From assembly GCA_034520945.1 (NCBI GenBank), contig JAXHNB010000005.1:768001-832000 (forward strand): a DNA stretch of 64,000 bases, given 5' to 3'. The notes beneath the pieces were generated by a model. The model saw only the letters and a program-made list of their open reading frames with translations. It was not told the origin of the DNA and ran no database searches. The translations under genes were made by a program, and so were the position numbers. Origin of the DNA: Trueperaceae bacterium (GTDB taxonomy: Bacteria > Deinococcota > Deinococci > Deinococcales > Trueperaceae). This document shows positions 47,348 to 58,704 of this stretch, one piece after another; position 1 is the first letter of the stretch, and the number at the start of each line of letters is the position of its first letter.

Positions 47348-48954
47348 TCACACCACGTAGGCGGTGGCGTCGGCCCGGTCCTCTGCGGCGCGCGCCTCAC
47401 TCCAGGATAGCTCGGCGGCCAGCAGTTCGTTGACCCGCGCGACGGCCGCCACGGCCGCGTCGCGGTCCAGGACGCCGAGGCGCGTGCGGCGCATCAGCAC
47501 GTCGGTGGTGCTTCGCGCCAACTCGTGGCGGGCGGCATGGATCGCTTCGGCCTCGAGGTAGGGGTGACCCTCCGCCAGCCGCGCCGAGAGGCCCTCCTCC
47601 GCGGCCACGGTCGCGACCTGTGCGGCGCGGTCGCCGTACGCCCCGTTCAGGTGGCGGGCGACGTCCTCCGGCAGGCCGAAGCGGTCCGCGAGCGCGGCCG
47701 CGCCGTCCGGGTCGTGGTTCGCCCCGCCGATCAGCACGCGTTCGGAGGTGCGGGAGGGGCCGGCCGACAAACCGCCGACCTTGATCGCCTGGTCGACGGT
47801 GTCCAGCGCCATGCGACGGTAGGTGGTCCACTTGCCGCCCGCGATGGTGACCAGGCCGCCGGTCGACACGTTGATCACGTGATCGCGGGACAGCCGGGCG
47901 GTGTCGCTGGAATCGGGGTCGGACACCAGCGGCCGCAGGCCGGAGAAGGTGGCCCGCACGTCCTCGCGGGTGACCGGCGACGCGAAGTAGCGCCGCACGT
48001 GCCGGAGCACGTACTCGATGTCGTCGTCGGAGGCCTTGGGGTGCGTTTCGATCTCGGCCGGCGCGTCGGTGGTGCCGACCAGGGTGTGTCCCTGCCACGG
48101 AAGCAGGAACAGCACGCGTCCGTCGTCGGTCTCCGGGATCAGCAGGCCGGTGTCGGGCGGGCTGAACCGCTGGTCCAGCACGATGTGGATGCCGCTGCTG
48201 ACGCTCAGCATCGGGCGGGCGTTCGGATCGTCCATCCGCCGCACCGCGTCGGTGAACGGACCCGTCGCGTTCACCACCGCGCGCGCTCGCACCCGGACCT
48301 CCTCGCCGCTGAAGCGGTCCCGCACGCGGGCGCCCGCGATGTTCCCGTCCTCCTTGTCGAGCGCCGTCACCTCGGCGTGATTCACGCAGACGGCGCCGTC
48401 CTCGACGGCCGTCAGCGCGATCGCCACGTTCATGCGCGCGTCGTCGAACTGACCGTCGTAGTAGATCACGCCGCCGCGCAACCCTTCGGCCTTGAGCATC
48501 GGGAAGCGCGCCCGCGCCTCCTTGGCGTCCACGAAGCGGCTGGGGGCCAAATTGGACTTGCCGGCCAGCCAGTCGTACAGCTTCAGGCCCGTGCGGAAGT
48601 AGGGGACCTGCACCCAGTGATACAGCGGCGTCACCAACGGCATGGGCCGTGCCAGGTGGGGGGCGATCCGGATCAGCACGGCACGCTCCCGCAGGGCGTC
48701 CCGCACCAGGTTGAACTGCGAGCGGTCGAACTCCTTGACCGCCTTCTCGAGGTAGCGCACCCCGCCGTGGATCAGCTTGGTGCTGCGACTGCTGGTGCCG
48801 GCCGAGAAGTCGTCCCGCTCGACCAGGGCGACGCTCAGGCCGCGCGTGGACGCGTCCAGCGCCACGCCCGCGCCGGTCGCCCCGCCCCCGACGACGAGGA
48901 GGTCGAACGGATCCTCGCCCAGCCGTGCGAACGACGCCTCGCGCGACAGGGGAC

Positions 48955-48958
<4 letters not shown>
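47348..48958 (-). CDS. glpD: FAD-dependent glycerol-3-phosphate dehydrogenase
   Basis: [35 protein letters not shown] and [11 protein letters not shown] motifs. Confidence 0.95.
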
Positions 48959-50451
<1,493 letters not shown>

Positions 50452-50511
50452 GGCGTCCTCCTTGAGGCCGGAGAGGCTGGGGGTGTCGGGGCGTTCGCCC
50501 GGTCGCGGCGT

Positions 50512-50961
50512 TCACGTGGGGTGGGGGAGGGGGACCAGCCGGGCGCGGGCCCAGGCCCGTTCCCCCCTCAGCCGCGCGGCCAGCCGGGGCGCATCGTGCG
50601 GGAGTCCAGCCGCGCGGCGTCGCACCGAACTGTCGAAGCGCCCCGCGTGAAGCGTGGCCAGGACGCGCTGAAACAGGTCGGCGTCGGGGATCGCGTGCCG
50701 GCTGAACGCCTTGAACGCGAACGCGCCCACGTCCGGAAAGGTGTGCAGGACGAGATGCGCTTCGTCGAGGGAAAGGCCGTGGCTGCTGCCGTCCGCCTCC
50801 TCGACCCGGGTGACGGTGCGGGTGGTTTCTTCGCCGAGCTGCGCCGCCAAGGCGGACACCAATGCGTCCAGCCCCGCAGGGTCGGTGAGAATGCCGGGGC
50901 CGGCCCGGCGACCGTCGAGGAGAAGCAACGTGCCGGTACCGAGGGGTTCGCTCGCGTCCAC
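50512..50961 (-). CDS. S-adenosylmethionine decarboxylase (SpeD)-like protein, probably catalytically inactive (alternative start 50991)
   Basis: G.G.LLLLDG...L.D...GSSHGLSLDEAHLVLHTFPD...FSR aligns by eye to SpeD (GxSGxxxxxESHxxxHTxPE...FxC) but has EAH for ESH and lacks the Cys. Confidence 0.6.
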   Translation of the reverse strand: MDASEPLGTGTLLLLDGRRAGPGILTDPAGLDALVSALAAQLGEETTRTVTRVEEADGSSHGLSLDEAHLVLHTFPDVGAFAFKAFSRHAIPDADLFQRVLATLHAGRFDSSVRRRAAGLPHDAPRLAARLRGERAWARARLVPLPHPT

Positions 50962-50987
50962 GCCGTACGCTACCAAACGCGTGGCCG

Positions 50988-52302
50988 TCACTCGCCTGTG
51001 ATCTGGGCCGCGACGCGCGCCAGTTCTTCCGACACCTCCGTGACAGGATCGCTCAGTAGGCGCGCCAACGCCTGACCCATCGGCCCCCACACGCGGCCCA
51101 TGGCGGCCGCGACGGGGATGGGATCGGCGTGCAGCATCGCCTGGCCGAACGCGGCCAGCGCGTGCCCCTCGCCCAGATCCGCGAGGGCTTCGGGGGCGGC
51201 GGGCACACGCCCCGCGCGACGGGCGTACGCCGCCTGCGCCCCCGGCCGCGACAACCACTTCGCGAGGTTGGCCGCGTCGCGCGGGGCCTCCGCGAAGCGG
51301 CTGATCGCCACGCCGCGGACCTCCATGAACGCCGTCCAGGGCGTACCGTCGGCCAGCGGGCGGCATCGGCGCGGCACCGACGTCGATGCCGGCCTCCCGG
51401 GCCGCCTGAACCGCCCACGGCCCGGTGTGGAACATCGCCAGGTCGCCCGCCGCGAAGCGCGCGTGCGCCGTCGCGTAGTCCACGTCCGGGGGGATCACCT
51501 CGTGCTGGTGCACCAACGCCTGCAACGCTTCGAGGCCGCGGACGGCGCCCGGACGAGTCAGGCCGAGCTGGGGCGTGGCCCCACCTACCTCCCCCGCGCC
51601 GTCGTCCGCCGCGCCGTCGTTCGCCCCGGCGAACAGGGACCCACCGAAGGTCCGAAGCCAGCCGTAGGCGAAGTAGAAGTTGGTGGCGTCGACCAGGAAG
51701 CCGTAGCGCCCGTCGCCCGTCAGCTCGACCGCACGCCGCACCAGCGCGTCGTAGTCGGCCGGCGGTTCGTCGACGACCTCCCGGTCGTACAACAGCGCCG
51801 GTCCCTCCACGCTCATCGGCAGCGCGAGCACCGGGCCGGCAGGGGCCAGCGCGCGCCGCGCGTTCGGGCCGGTCTCCTCCAGGTAGGCGTCGGTCACGGT
51901 GTCGCGCAGGTCCGCCAGCACGCCTTCGCGGCCCAGCTCCGACAGGTCGGCGTGCGGCAGCCACGCCACGAGGTCGGGGCCGTCGCCTTCGGGAGCGTCC
52001 GAGATCATGCGAACCGCCAACTCGCCCGCCGGCAGGCTGGTGACGTCGACCTCCACGTCGAACGCGCCTGTGAAGGTGGCGGCCTCCTGCCGAACCGCCT
52101 CCAGCATGGCGCCCGAGGCCGGTGTCCAAACGGTCACCTCGGGCGCGTCCTGCGCGACGGCGCCCGCCCCGCCCAGGAGGAGCGCGACCAAGAGGGCGAG
52201 CGACCCCGCAGCGCGCTGCGGGGCACGCCGCCACCGCTGCGCGGGGCGCGCACGCGACGCCGCGGACGGGGCGGGGGGGTCGCCGGCGGGTGCGCATCGC
52301 AT
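50988..52302 (-). CDS. sugar ABC transporter substrate-binding protein, MalE-like (apparent +1 frameshift at 51358-51360)
   Basis: Signal peptide; GPDLVAWLPH, ALPMSVEGPALLY, NFYFAYGW and FAAGDLAMFHTGPW; C-terminal half (AFMEVRG...MGRVWGPM) continues in the next frame. Confidence 0.8.
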
Positions 52303-52342
52303 GGCAGGCAGTGTACCTGCGCGATCGGCCCGCCGGCCGGAC

Positions 52343-53545
52343 TCAGGCCCTGCGCCAACCGCCGCGCCCGTCGGGCGTGACCAGGCCCGCCAACTCCAAC
52401 CGCGTCAGCAGCGCCAGCAGGCGACCGGCCGGCATGCCGGCGGGGAGGAGCGCGTCCAAGGGGCGCGGCGTGCCGTCGCTCAGCAGGGCCAGCAGGCGGC
52501 GGGCCGCGGGATCGTCGGGGATCGCCGATACGGCCCCGGTGGGCGGGGCCGTGGCGTGGGGGGCCGCCGCCTCCGCCAGACCGGACACGGCCGCGATCAG
52601 TTCGGCGGTCCCCACGAAGGGGGTGGCGCCGTCGGCCAGGAGCGAGGCGGCGTAGCGGCCCTTCGGGCCGTCCGGCCGTTGGGGGACGACGAACACCTCG
52701 CGCCCCTCGTCGTTCGCGAAGCGGACGGTGTGCCTCACGCCGCTCCCCTCCCTCCCTTCCACCATCAGCACGGCGCGGGCGAGCCCCGACACGATCCGGT
52801 TGCGTCGCGGGAAGGAGCCCGGGTAGGCGTTGGTGCCGGGTGGATGTTCGCTCACCACGGCGCTGCGTTGCGCGATCCGGTCGGCCAGCGGCTGGTGTCG
52901 CGCCGGGTGCACCCGGTCCAGGGACGAGCCCAGCACCGCAATGGTGGCGTCCGGCGCGGCGTCCAGTGCCCCCGCGTGGGCCGCGGCGTCGACGCCGAGC
53001 GCCAGCCCCGAGGCGACGCACACCCCCGCTCGGGCCAGTTCGGCGGAGACGCCGCGCGCGAACGACAGCGCCCACGGGCTGGCCGTGCGCGTCCCGACCA
53101 CCGCCACCACCCGCGACGCCGCCGGCGCGGCGGCCGTGCCCTGCGGCAGGCGGCCCCGCACGAACAACAACGGGGGCGGATCGACGGTGCGGGCCAGCAG
53201 CGGGGGGTAGGCGGGGTCCTCCGGGTGGATCGGGGCGGGACCCCGCGCGGTCCAGGCGTCGAGGTAGTGCCGGGCGTCGCGACGCCCGGCCGGCGAGAGC
53301 GCCGCGCGAATGCGGCCCCAGGCGTCTGACGTGACCTTCTCGGCCTCGTCGTCCGGTGGGTGCCTGGCCGTCGCCATGCGGCGCACGTCGCGGTCGAAGG
53401 CGCGCCAGGCGCGGCCGATACGGACCGCGCCCAGCCCCTCGGCCAGCGCCAGTGCGGTCCAACATTCGCGTCGAAGGCGCGCGTCGTCGGGATCCTCCGC
53501 AGGGGAGGGGCGTTCCGAGGAACCGGGGCCGGGGGGCCGAACCAT
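52343..53545 (-). CDS. dprA: DNA-processing protein DprA
   Basis: YPPLL..DPPPLLFVRG, AVVGTR, SGLALGVDAAAH, FPRRNRIVSGL motifs and C-terminal winged helix. Confidence 0.92.
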   Translation of the reverse strand: MVRPPGPGSSERPSPAEDPDDARLRRECWTALALAEGLGAVRIGRAWRAFDRDVRRMATARHPPDDEAEKVTSDAWGRIRAALSPAGRRDARHYLDAWTARGPAPIHPEDPAYPPLLARTVDPPPLLFVRGRLPQGTAAAPAASRVVAVVGTRTASPWALSFARGVSAELARAGVCVASGLALGVDAAAHAGALDAAPDATIAVLGSSLDRVHPARHQPLADRIAQRSAVVSEHPPGTNAYPGSFPRRNRIVSGLARAVLMVEGREGSGVRHTVRFANDEGREVFVVPQRPDGPKGRYAASLLADGATPFVGTAELIAAVSGLAEAAAPHATAPPTGAVSAIPDDPAARRLLALLSDGTPRPLDALLPAGMPAGRLLALLTRLELAGLVTPDGRGGWRRA

Positions 53546-53679
53546 GCCGGCAGACTACGCGGCGGGCGCCGGCCCCCGGCCCGCGGCTGGGACGCGGATC
53601 GCGTGCATCAGGGCATCGCGCCGCCCGGGCCGCGGCCGAAGCCCACCCGGGCCGCGGCAGGGGCCCGCGCATTCGCGGT

Positions 53680-55107
53680 TCAGGACAGCTTGACCCTCGG
53701 CCCTCGTGCGGTGTCTTCGACCTCGATCCCCAACTCGGCCAGCCGGTCGCGCAGGGCGTCGGCCGTGCCGAAGTCGCGACGGGTGCGGGCCGCCTTGCGT
53801 TGTTCCAATACCAGCTCCAGCAGCCCTTCGAGCCGGTCGCGCGCCGCCGCGCCCTCCTCAGCCTCCGCCGAGGGGGGGACGCCCAGCACGTCGCCCAGCA
53901 GCGACCCGATCACCGCTGCGGCGTCCGCCGCCTCCTCCGGCGTCAACGCGTCGCCGCGCCGGTTGGCCTCGCGCACCAACTCGAACAGCGCCGCGATCGC
54001 CTGCGGGGTGTTCAGGTCGTCGTTCATCGCCTCCGTGAAGGCCTCGCGCGCCGCAGCGCCGAAGCGTCCGTCCGGCTCGGCGCCTCCGGCACGGTCCCGG
54101 AGCCAGGCGTGGCTCTCCCGCAACCGCCCCAGCCCCTGGCGCGAGGAGACGATCGCGGCGTCGCCGAACTCCGACAGGCTCCGGTAGTGGCTGCGAAGCA
54201 GGTGGAACCGCACCACGGTCGGATCGAAGGCGTCGAACAGGTCGGCCAGCGCCACGAAGTGGCCCTTCGACTTCGACATCTTCTCGCCGTCCATCGTCAT
54301 CATGTTCCAGTGCAGCCAGGTCCGGGCGAACGGCATCCCCACCCCCCGCGACTGCGCCAGCTCGCACTCGTGGTGGGGGAAGATCAGGTCGAGCCCGCCG
54401 CCGTGCACGTCGAACGTCTCGCCGAGGTACTTGGTGCTCATCACCGAGCACTCCAGGTGCCAGCCGGGAAACCCCTGGCCCCACGGGGAGGCCCACTGCA
54501 TGATGTGCTCCTCGCCGGCCGCCTTCCAGAGGGCGAAGTCGTGCGGGTCGTCCTTGTCGCTGCGGACCTCCACCCGCGTGCCCTCCACGAGCTCTTCGGG
54601 GTCGCGGCCGGACAGCTCGCCGTAGTCGGGCCACTGCGACACGTCGAAGTACACGTTGCCGTCACGCTCGTACGCCAGCCCCGCCTCCAGCAGGTTCTGC
54701 ACCAGCGCGATCTGTTCGGGGATGTGCCCCGTGGCGCGCGGCACCACGCTGGGGCGCCGCACCTTCAAGCGGGCCATGGCGTCGAAGTACGCCCAGAAGT
54801 ACTTCTCGGCGATCTCCATCGGCTCCAGCCGCTCCAACTTGGCGCGGGCGGCCAGCTTGTCCTCGCCCTGATCGGCGTCGTCGGTGAGGTGCCCCACGTC
54901 GGTGACGTTGCTGACCAGGCGCACGCGGTAGCCCTCGTGCTCCAACCAGTTGCGCAGCACGTCGAACACGACCGGCCCACGGGCGTGCCCCAGGTGCGGC
55001 TCGGAGTAGACGGTGGGACCACAGAAGTACAGCCCGGCGTGCCCGGGCGTGACCGGTTCGAACGGCGTTTTGCGTCGGGTCTTGGAGTCGTACAGGTGCA
55101 GGGCCAC
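53680..55107 (-). CDS. cysS: cysteine--tRNA ligase
   Basis: CGPTVY, HLGH, DFALWK, PGWHLECS, HGGGLDLIFPHHECE and KMSKS motifs. Confidence 0.97.
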   Translation of the reverse strand: MALHLYDSKTRRKTPFEPVTPGHAGLYFCGPTVYSEPHLGHARGPVVFDVLRNWLEHEGYRVRLVSNVTDVGHLTDDADQGEDKLAARAKLERLEPMEIAEKYFWAYFDAMARLKVRRPSVVPRATGHIPEQIALVQNLLEAGLAYERDGNVYFDVSQWPDYGELSGRDPEELVEGTRVEVRSDKDDPHDFALWKAAGEEHIMQWASPWGQGFPGWHLECSVMSTKYLGETFDVHGGGLDLIFPHHECELAQSRGVGMPFARTWLHWNMMTMDGEKMSKSKGHFVALADLFDAFDPTVVRFHLLRSHYRSLSEFGDAAIVSSRQGLGRLRESHAWLRDRAGGAEPDGRFGAAAREAFTEAMNDDLNTPQAIAALFELVREANRRGDALTPEEAADAAAVIGSLLGDVLGVPPSAEAEEGAAARDRLEGLLELVLEQRKAARTRRDFGTADALRDRLAELGIEVEDTARGPRVKLS

Positions 55108-55223
55108 GGCTTCACCTCGCAGGTCGGTCGGGTCGGGTCAGGTCAGGGGTGCGGCGTCAGCAGGCGCGACGCGGCCGACATCGCTGCGAGGCGAGCACGC
55201 GGAAGACCATGAGCGGGATGCTA
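55108..55223 (-). promoter_or_regulatory. putative cysteine-sensing translational attenuator of cysS
   Basis: -10 TAGCAT 7 nt before the uORF ATG; uORF segment TCGCCTCGCAG pairs with CTGCGAGGTGA, which contains the cysS SD. Confidence 0.65.
55157..55210 (-). CDS. leaderless Cys-containing leader peptide MVFRVLASQRCRPRRAC (17 aa)
   Basis: ATG 55210 to TGA 55157; Cys codons at positions 11 (TGT) and 17 (TGC); ends 49 nt upstream of the cysS GTG. Confidence 0.65.
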   Translation of the reverse strand: MVFRVLASQRCRPRRAC

Positions 55224-55267
55224 CCACGCCCTGCGGGCGGCCCGCACCGCCGGTGGTACCCTCCCGC

Positions 55268-55906
55268 GTGCCCCACACGACCGTCGCCGCCCGGTTCGAG
55301 GTCGAGGAGCGCGTGCGAGGATCGCGCTTCCTGGCGGTGGTGGCCCCCGCCGACACGCCGGACGCCGCGGCGGCGCTGCTGGACGAGATGCGGCGTCGTC
55401 ATCCGGACGCCAGCCACCACTGCAGCGCCTGGCGCGTGGGGGAGGCGATGGCGTTCAGTGACGACGGGGAGCCCGGCGGGACGGCCGGCCGGCCGATGCT
55501 CAGCGTGCTGCTGAAACGCGAGCTGGATCACGTCGCCGCCGTGTGCGTGCGGTGGTTCGGCGGCACCAAGCTGGGGGCCGGAGGGCTGGCGCGCGCCTAC
55601 GCTGGGACGGTCGCGAAGGCGCTGGACGGCGCCGGCCAGCGCCGCGTGTTCGACATGGCCTGGCTGCGCATCCGCGCGCCGTTCGCGCAGGCGGACGCGC
55701 TGCACCGGACGCTGGACGCCTGGCCGCACCTCGCCAAGGAGGAGCCCAGCTACGACGCCGAGGGGATCACGGTCCGGGTCCGTGTCCGCGCCCGCGAGGC
55801 GGCCCGCCTCGAAGCCGTGCTCGCCGACGTGACGGCGGGCGCCGCCCGCGCTGAACCGTCGCCTCCGGCGGCTTCCGGCCCGCCGGACGCCAGCGAGCGA
55901 TCATGA
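55268..55906 (+). CDS. yigZ: IMPACT/YigZ family protein
   Basis: RGSRF, HPDASHHCSAWR, SDDGEPGGTAGRPML and VRWFGGTKLGAGGLARAY motifs. Confidence 0.92.
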   Translation: MPHTTVAARFEVEERVRGSRFLAVVAPADTPDAAAALLDEMRRRHPDASHHCSAWRVGEAMAFSDDGEPGGTAGRPMLSVLLKRELDHVAAVCVRWFGGTKLGAGGLARAYAGTVAKALDGAGQRRVFDMAWLRIRAPFAQADALHRTLDAWPHLAKEEPSYDAEGITVRVRVRAREAARLEAVLADVTAGAARAEPSPPAASGPPDASERS

Positions 55907-55962
55907 AGGCACGTTCGTTCGCCTCTCAACCGCTTCATGGGCGCGGCGTGCATCCTGGTCCC

Positions 55963-56562
55963 ATGCGAAGGATGCGCACGCTGTTCGTGTTGGCCGTGGT
56001 GCTGCTGGGGGGGACGGGCTGCCTGCCCGGGGCCCTGCAGGACGACACCCCCGACGTGGCCGTGATCGGCGTTCCGGCCGGAGAGCGCCTCCCCGGCGCG
56101 GCGGACGGGCTGCACGCCCGCCTGGCCGACGCGTCCACCGGCTTCGATCTGGTGCCCGCCGCCACGCTGCGGTTCCTCGAGGTGCGCAGCGGTCTGGTCG
56201 GGAGCCGCGTGACCTCCGGCGCGGCCCGGGTGGCCAGGTCCACCGGCGCCGACGTGGCGGTCACGATCGGCGCGGCGGTGTTGGAGCGCGAGCTCACGGG
56301 TCCCAAGGGGCGGCCGCGCCAGCGAATTGAACTTCGACTGGAGGCGGTCCTGATCCGCGCGGCCGACGCGGAGGTGTTGGCGCGCGTGCCCGGCCCCACC
56401 CTGAGCGGCGAGCGGAACCTGGACGAACACGAACTCCCGCCGATCGGCAATGATCGCCTGCTGGCCGACCTGGTCGAGGAGAGCCTGGACCCGCTGGCGG
56501 AGGCGGTCGGCCGCGCGCTGCGCGACCGGGCCGCCGCGTTCAGCGGAAGTAGCGGCGGATGA
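55963..56562 (+). CDS. hypothetical lipoprotein
   Basis: MRRMRTLFVLAVVLLGGTGC lipoprotein-like signal; coding-like codon usage. Confidence 0.6.
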   Translation: MRRMRTLFVLAVVLLGGTGCLPGALQDDTPDVAVIGVPAGERLPGAADGLHARLADASTGFDLVPAATLRFLEVRSGLVGSRVTSGAARVARSTGADVAVTIGAAVLERELTGPKGRPRQRIELRLEAVLIRAADAEVLARVPGPTLSGERNLDEHELPPIGNDRLLADLVEESLDPLAEAVGRALRDRAAAFSGSSGG

Positions 56563-58099
56563 TCTCCCGGTAGGGAGCGGGCACGTCGGGTTCCTCCGCG
56601 GCGCGCTCAGCAGCGCGACGGTATCCCTCGGGCACCGGCGCGCCTTCGGGGAGCGCCTCCGGCGCCCGCCCGCCGCCCCGCACGGTGCCGACCCGGTCGA
56701 CCTCGCCCTCTTGGACGGCGCCCGGCAGGCGTTCGGCGCCGCCGCCAGCGCCGGGCAGGAACGGCCCGCCCTCGCCCGGGGCGGCCGCGTCGCGCCCGGC
56801 GCCCCCGCCGCCTGGGTCGTCAGGGTCGGCGCCGTCGGCCTCCGGCTGCCCGGCATCGGACGCGCCGCCGGCATCGTCCCCCTGGCGGGGAGCCCCCTCG
56901 GCCTCGCGGGGACGCGCCCGTCCTGCCTGCTCCGACGCGCCGGCCCCCTCCTCGGCGCGGTCGGGCGGCGCGTCGGCGTCCCCGTTGGCCGCCGCCTCGG
57001 CGCCGCCCTCACCGCCCTCCTCGGGCGCTTCGCCGGCCCGCGCCTGCCCTGATTCCTGGCCGTCCCCTTCGTCGGCCCCTTCTTCGCCGTCCCCGCCGTC
57101 TGCCGCCTCGGCGTCGCGTTCCGAAGCGCCCTCGCCGCGGCCGCCGGCCGCCGCCTCGTCGCCTTCGCCGTTCGCGTCGGACGCGCGGTCCGCGTCCGAG
57201 GCGTCGCCCATCCGAGGGTCGCCCTCCCGCGCCGCCTCGCCTGAGGGCGCCTCGCCCCCGCCGGGCGGATCGTCCCCCGCCTCCTCTCGGCCGGCCGGAT
57301 CGAAGGGGTTCACGTCACCCTCGGCCTCGCGGCGCTCCATGTCCCGAAGGTAGCGGTCGACGGCGTCCGGCCCGTCGCCGGATCCCGCGCCGTCGGCGGC
57401 GCCCGGTTGCTCGCCGGTGGCGTCTCGCGCCTCGCCCGGCGCCTCCTCGCCGCCCTCCGCGTCGTCGCGCCGCGGCTCCGGCGCCGGTGCCGCGTCCGGG
57501 TCTCGGGCGTCCGGCGGGGCCGCGTCGGGTGCCGCGTCCACGTCCGCTTCGTCCCCACCGGCGTCCGCCGCGGGGTCCGTGGCGCCCTGCGGCGACGACG
57601 GGCCCCCGCCGCCCGCCGCGCCGCCCCCACCGGGCGCGGCCGGTCCCAGCGGGCCCAACTGCACCAGCGCCAACACCAGCACCGCCGCCACCAGCGGCGG
57701 CAGCCAGGCATGCCCCGCCTCGGGGGGACGCACGTCACGTAGCGAGCGGACGGCGTGTTCGCGCGTTCGTGTCCACAGGCCGTACGGATCGGTTCGGCCG
57801 GGCGCCTCCAGCGCCGTTTCGTACGCCAGCCCGCGCGTCGCGGTGATCCAACGGCGCGCCCACGTTTCGGTGTGCCGCACCGGCCAGGCGGCCGCACCGC
57901 CGGCGGCGAGCAGGCACGCCCCCCACGCGGCGGCCGCGGGCGCGCCCACCGCGACGAGGAGGACCCCCACCGCGGCGCCCCCCAGGCCGGCGGTGGCGGC
58001 GCGCACGGCGCGCACCTCGCGGGCACGGCGTGCCGCCAGTCGGCGATGCCAGTCGAGGCCGGGCGGGGGGGCGCGCCGGCGACGGCCGGGACCGATCAT
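56540..58099 (-). CDS. membrane protein with long acidic disordered region and C-terminal 'VPxPYREIIRRYF' motif
   Basis: Three TM-like segments, LAYETALE motif, Asp/Glu/Gly/Ala-rich linker; start overlaps the upstream gene's stop. Confidence 0.65.
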   Translation of the reverse strand: MIGPGRRRRAPPPGLDWHRRLAARRAREVRAVRAATAGLGGAAVGVLLVAVGAPAAAAWGACLLAAGGAAAWPVRHTETWARRWITATRGLAYETALEAPGRTDPYGLWTRTREHAVRSLRDVRPPEAGHAWLPPLVAAVLVLALVQLGPLGPAAPGGGGAAGGGGPSSPQGATDPAADAGGDEADVDAAPDAAPPDARDPDAAPAPEPRRDDAEGGEEAPGEARDATGEQPGAADGAGSGDGPDAVDRYLRDMERREAEGDVNPFDPAGREEAGDDPPGGGEAPSGEAAREGDPRMGDASDADRASDANGEGDEAAAGGRGEGASERDAEAADGGDGEEGADEGDGQESGQARAGEAPEEGGEGGAEAAANGDADAPPDRAEEGAGASEQAGRARPREAEGAPRQGDDAGGASDAGQPEADGADPDDPGGGGAGRDAAAPGEGGPFLPGAGGGAERLPGAVQEGEVDRVGTVRGGGRAPEALPEGAPVPEGYRRAAERAAEEPDVPAPYREIIRRYFR

Positions 58100-58704
58100 G
58101 ACGCGCCCGTCCCCTCGGGCTGCGCCCCCGCCAACGGTCGCGCCAGCAGCTGGACCGTCGCTGCGGCGCCGACGCCCAGGACGGTGGCCGGGAACACCCC
58201 CGGCGCGCTCGGCAGGACCCACGGCACGAACGCCGCGCTGTGCAGGACGTTCAGGTCGAGCCACACCAGCGCGATCGCCGCGGCCAGCGAACCGATCGGG
58301 GCCAGCGCGCCCAGGCGCGCCCGCTGCAGCAGCCACGTCGCCAACCGGCCCGCCCCCAAGGCGGTGAACGAGGCGGGCAGCGCGATGATCATTCCCCACG
58401 CCACGGGGACGGCCGGCACCGTCGCGGCGTGCGCCGCCGCCTCCAACGGGGCGCTGGCCACGGCGCCGAGCGCCAACCGGGTGAGGTCCCGACGCCACAC
58501 GGCGCGCCCCGGAGGCGAGTTGGCGCCCAGGAGCCAGCCCCACGCCACCAGGGCCCCCACACGCACGACGCTCACCGTGTACCAACTCGCGTTGGGCGTG
58601 TCCGGCCGCACGGGCCAGGTCGCGATCAGCACGATGGCGGTCGCCGCCAACACCAGCGCCAGGCCGGCGTCGGCCCGGGCGATCCTGTCCACGCGCGCGG
58701 TCAT
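58096..58704 (-). CDS. hypothetical multi-pass membrane protein
   Basis: About 5-6 hydrophobic helices; ATG/TGA coupling to both neighbours. Confidence 0.6.
   Translation of the reverse strand: MTARVDRIARADAGLALVLAATAIVLIATWPVRPDTPNASWYTVSVVRVGALVAWGWLLGANSPPGRAVWRRDLTRLALGAVASAPLEAAAHAATVPAVPVAWGMIIALPASFTALGAGRLATWLLQRARLGALAPIGSLAAAIALVWLDLNVLHSAAFVPWVLPSAPGVFPATVLGVGAAATVQLLARPLAGAQPEGTGAS

Noticed and set aside
50512..52302. 596-aa fusion of a sugar-binding protein with a SpeD-like domain
   Set aside because: The fusion is created by the apparent +1 frameshift at 51358-51360. The binding protein ends at 50988 in the other frame.
55120..55150. GGTCG/GGTCA pentamer run as a CRISPR array or mobile-element repeat
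   Set aside because: Too short and has no spacers; better explained as part of the cysS leader. No CRISPR array was seen anywhere in the window.
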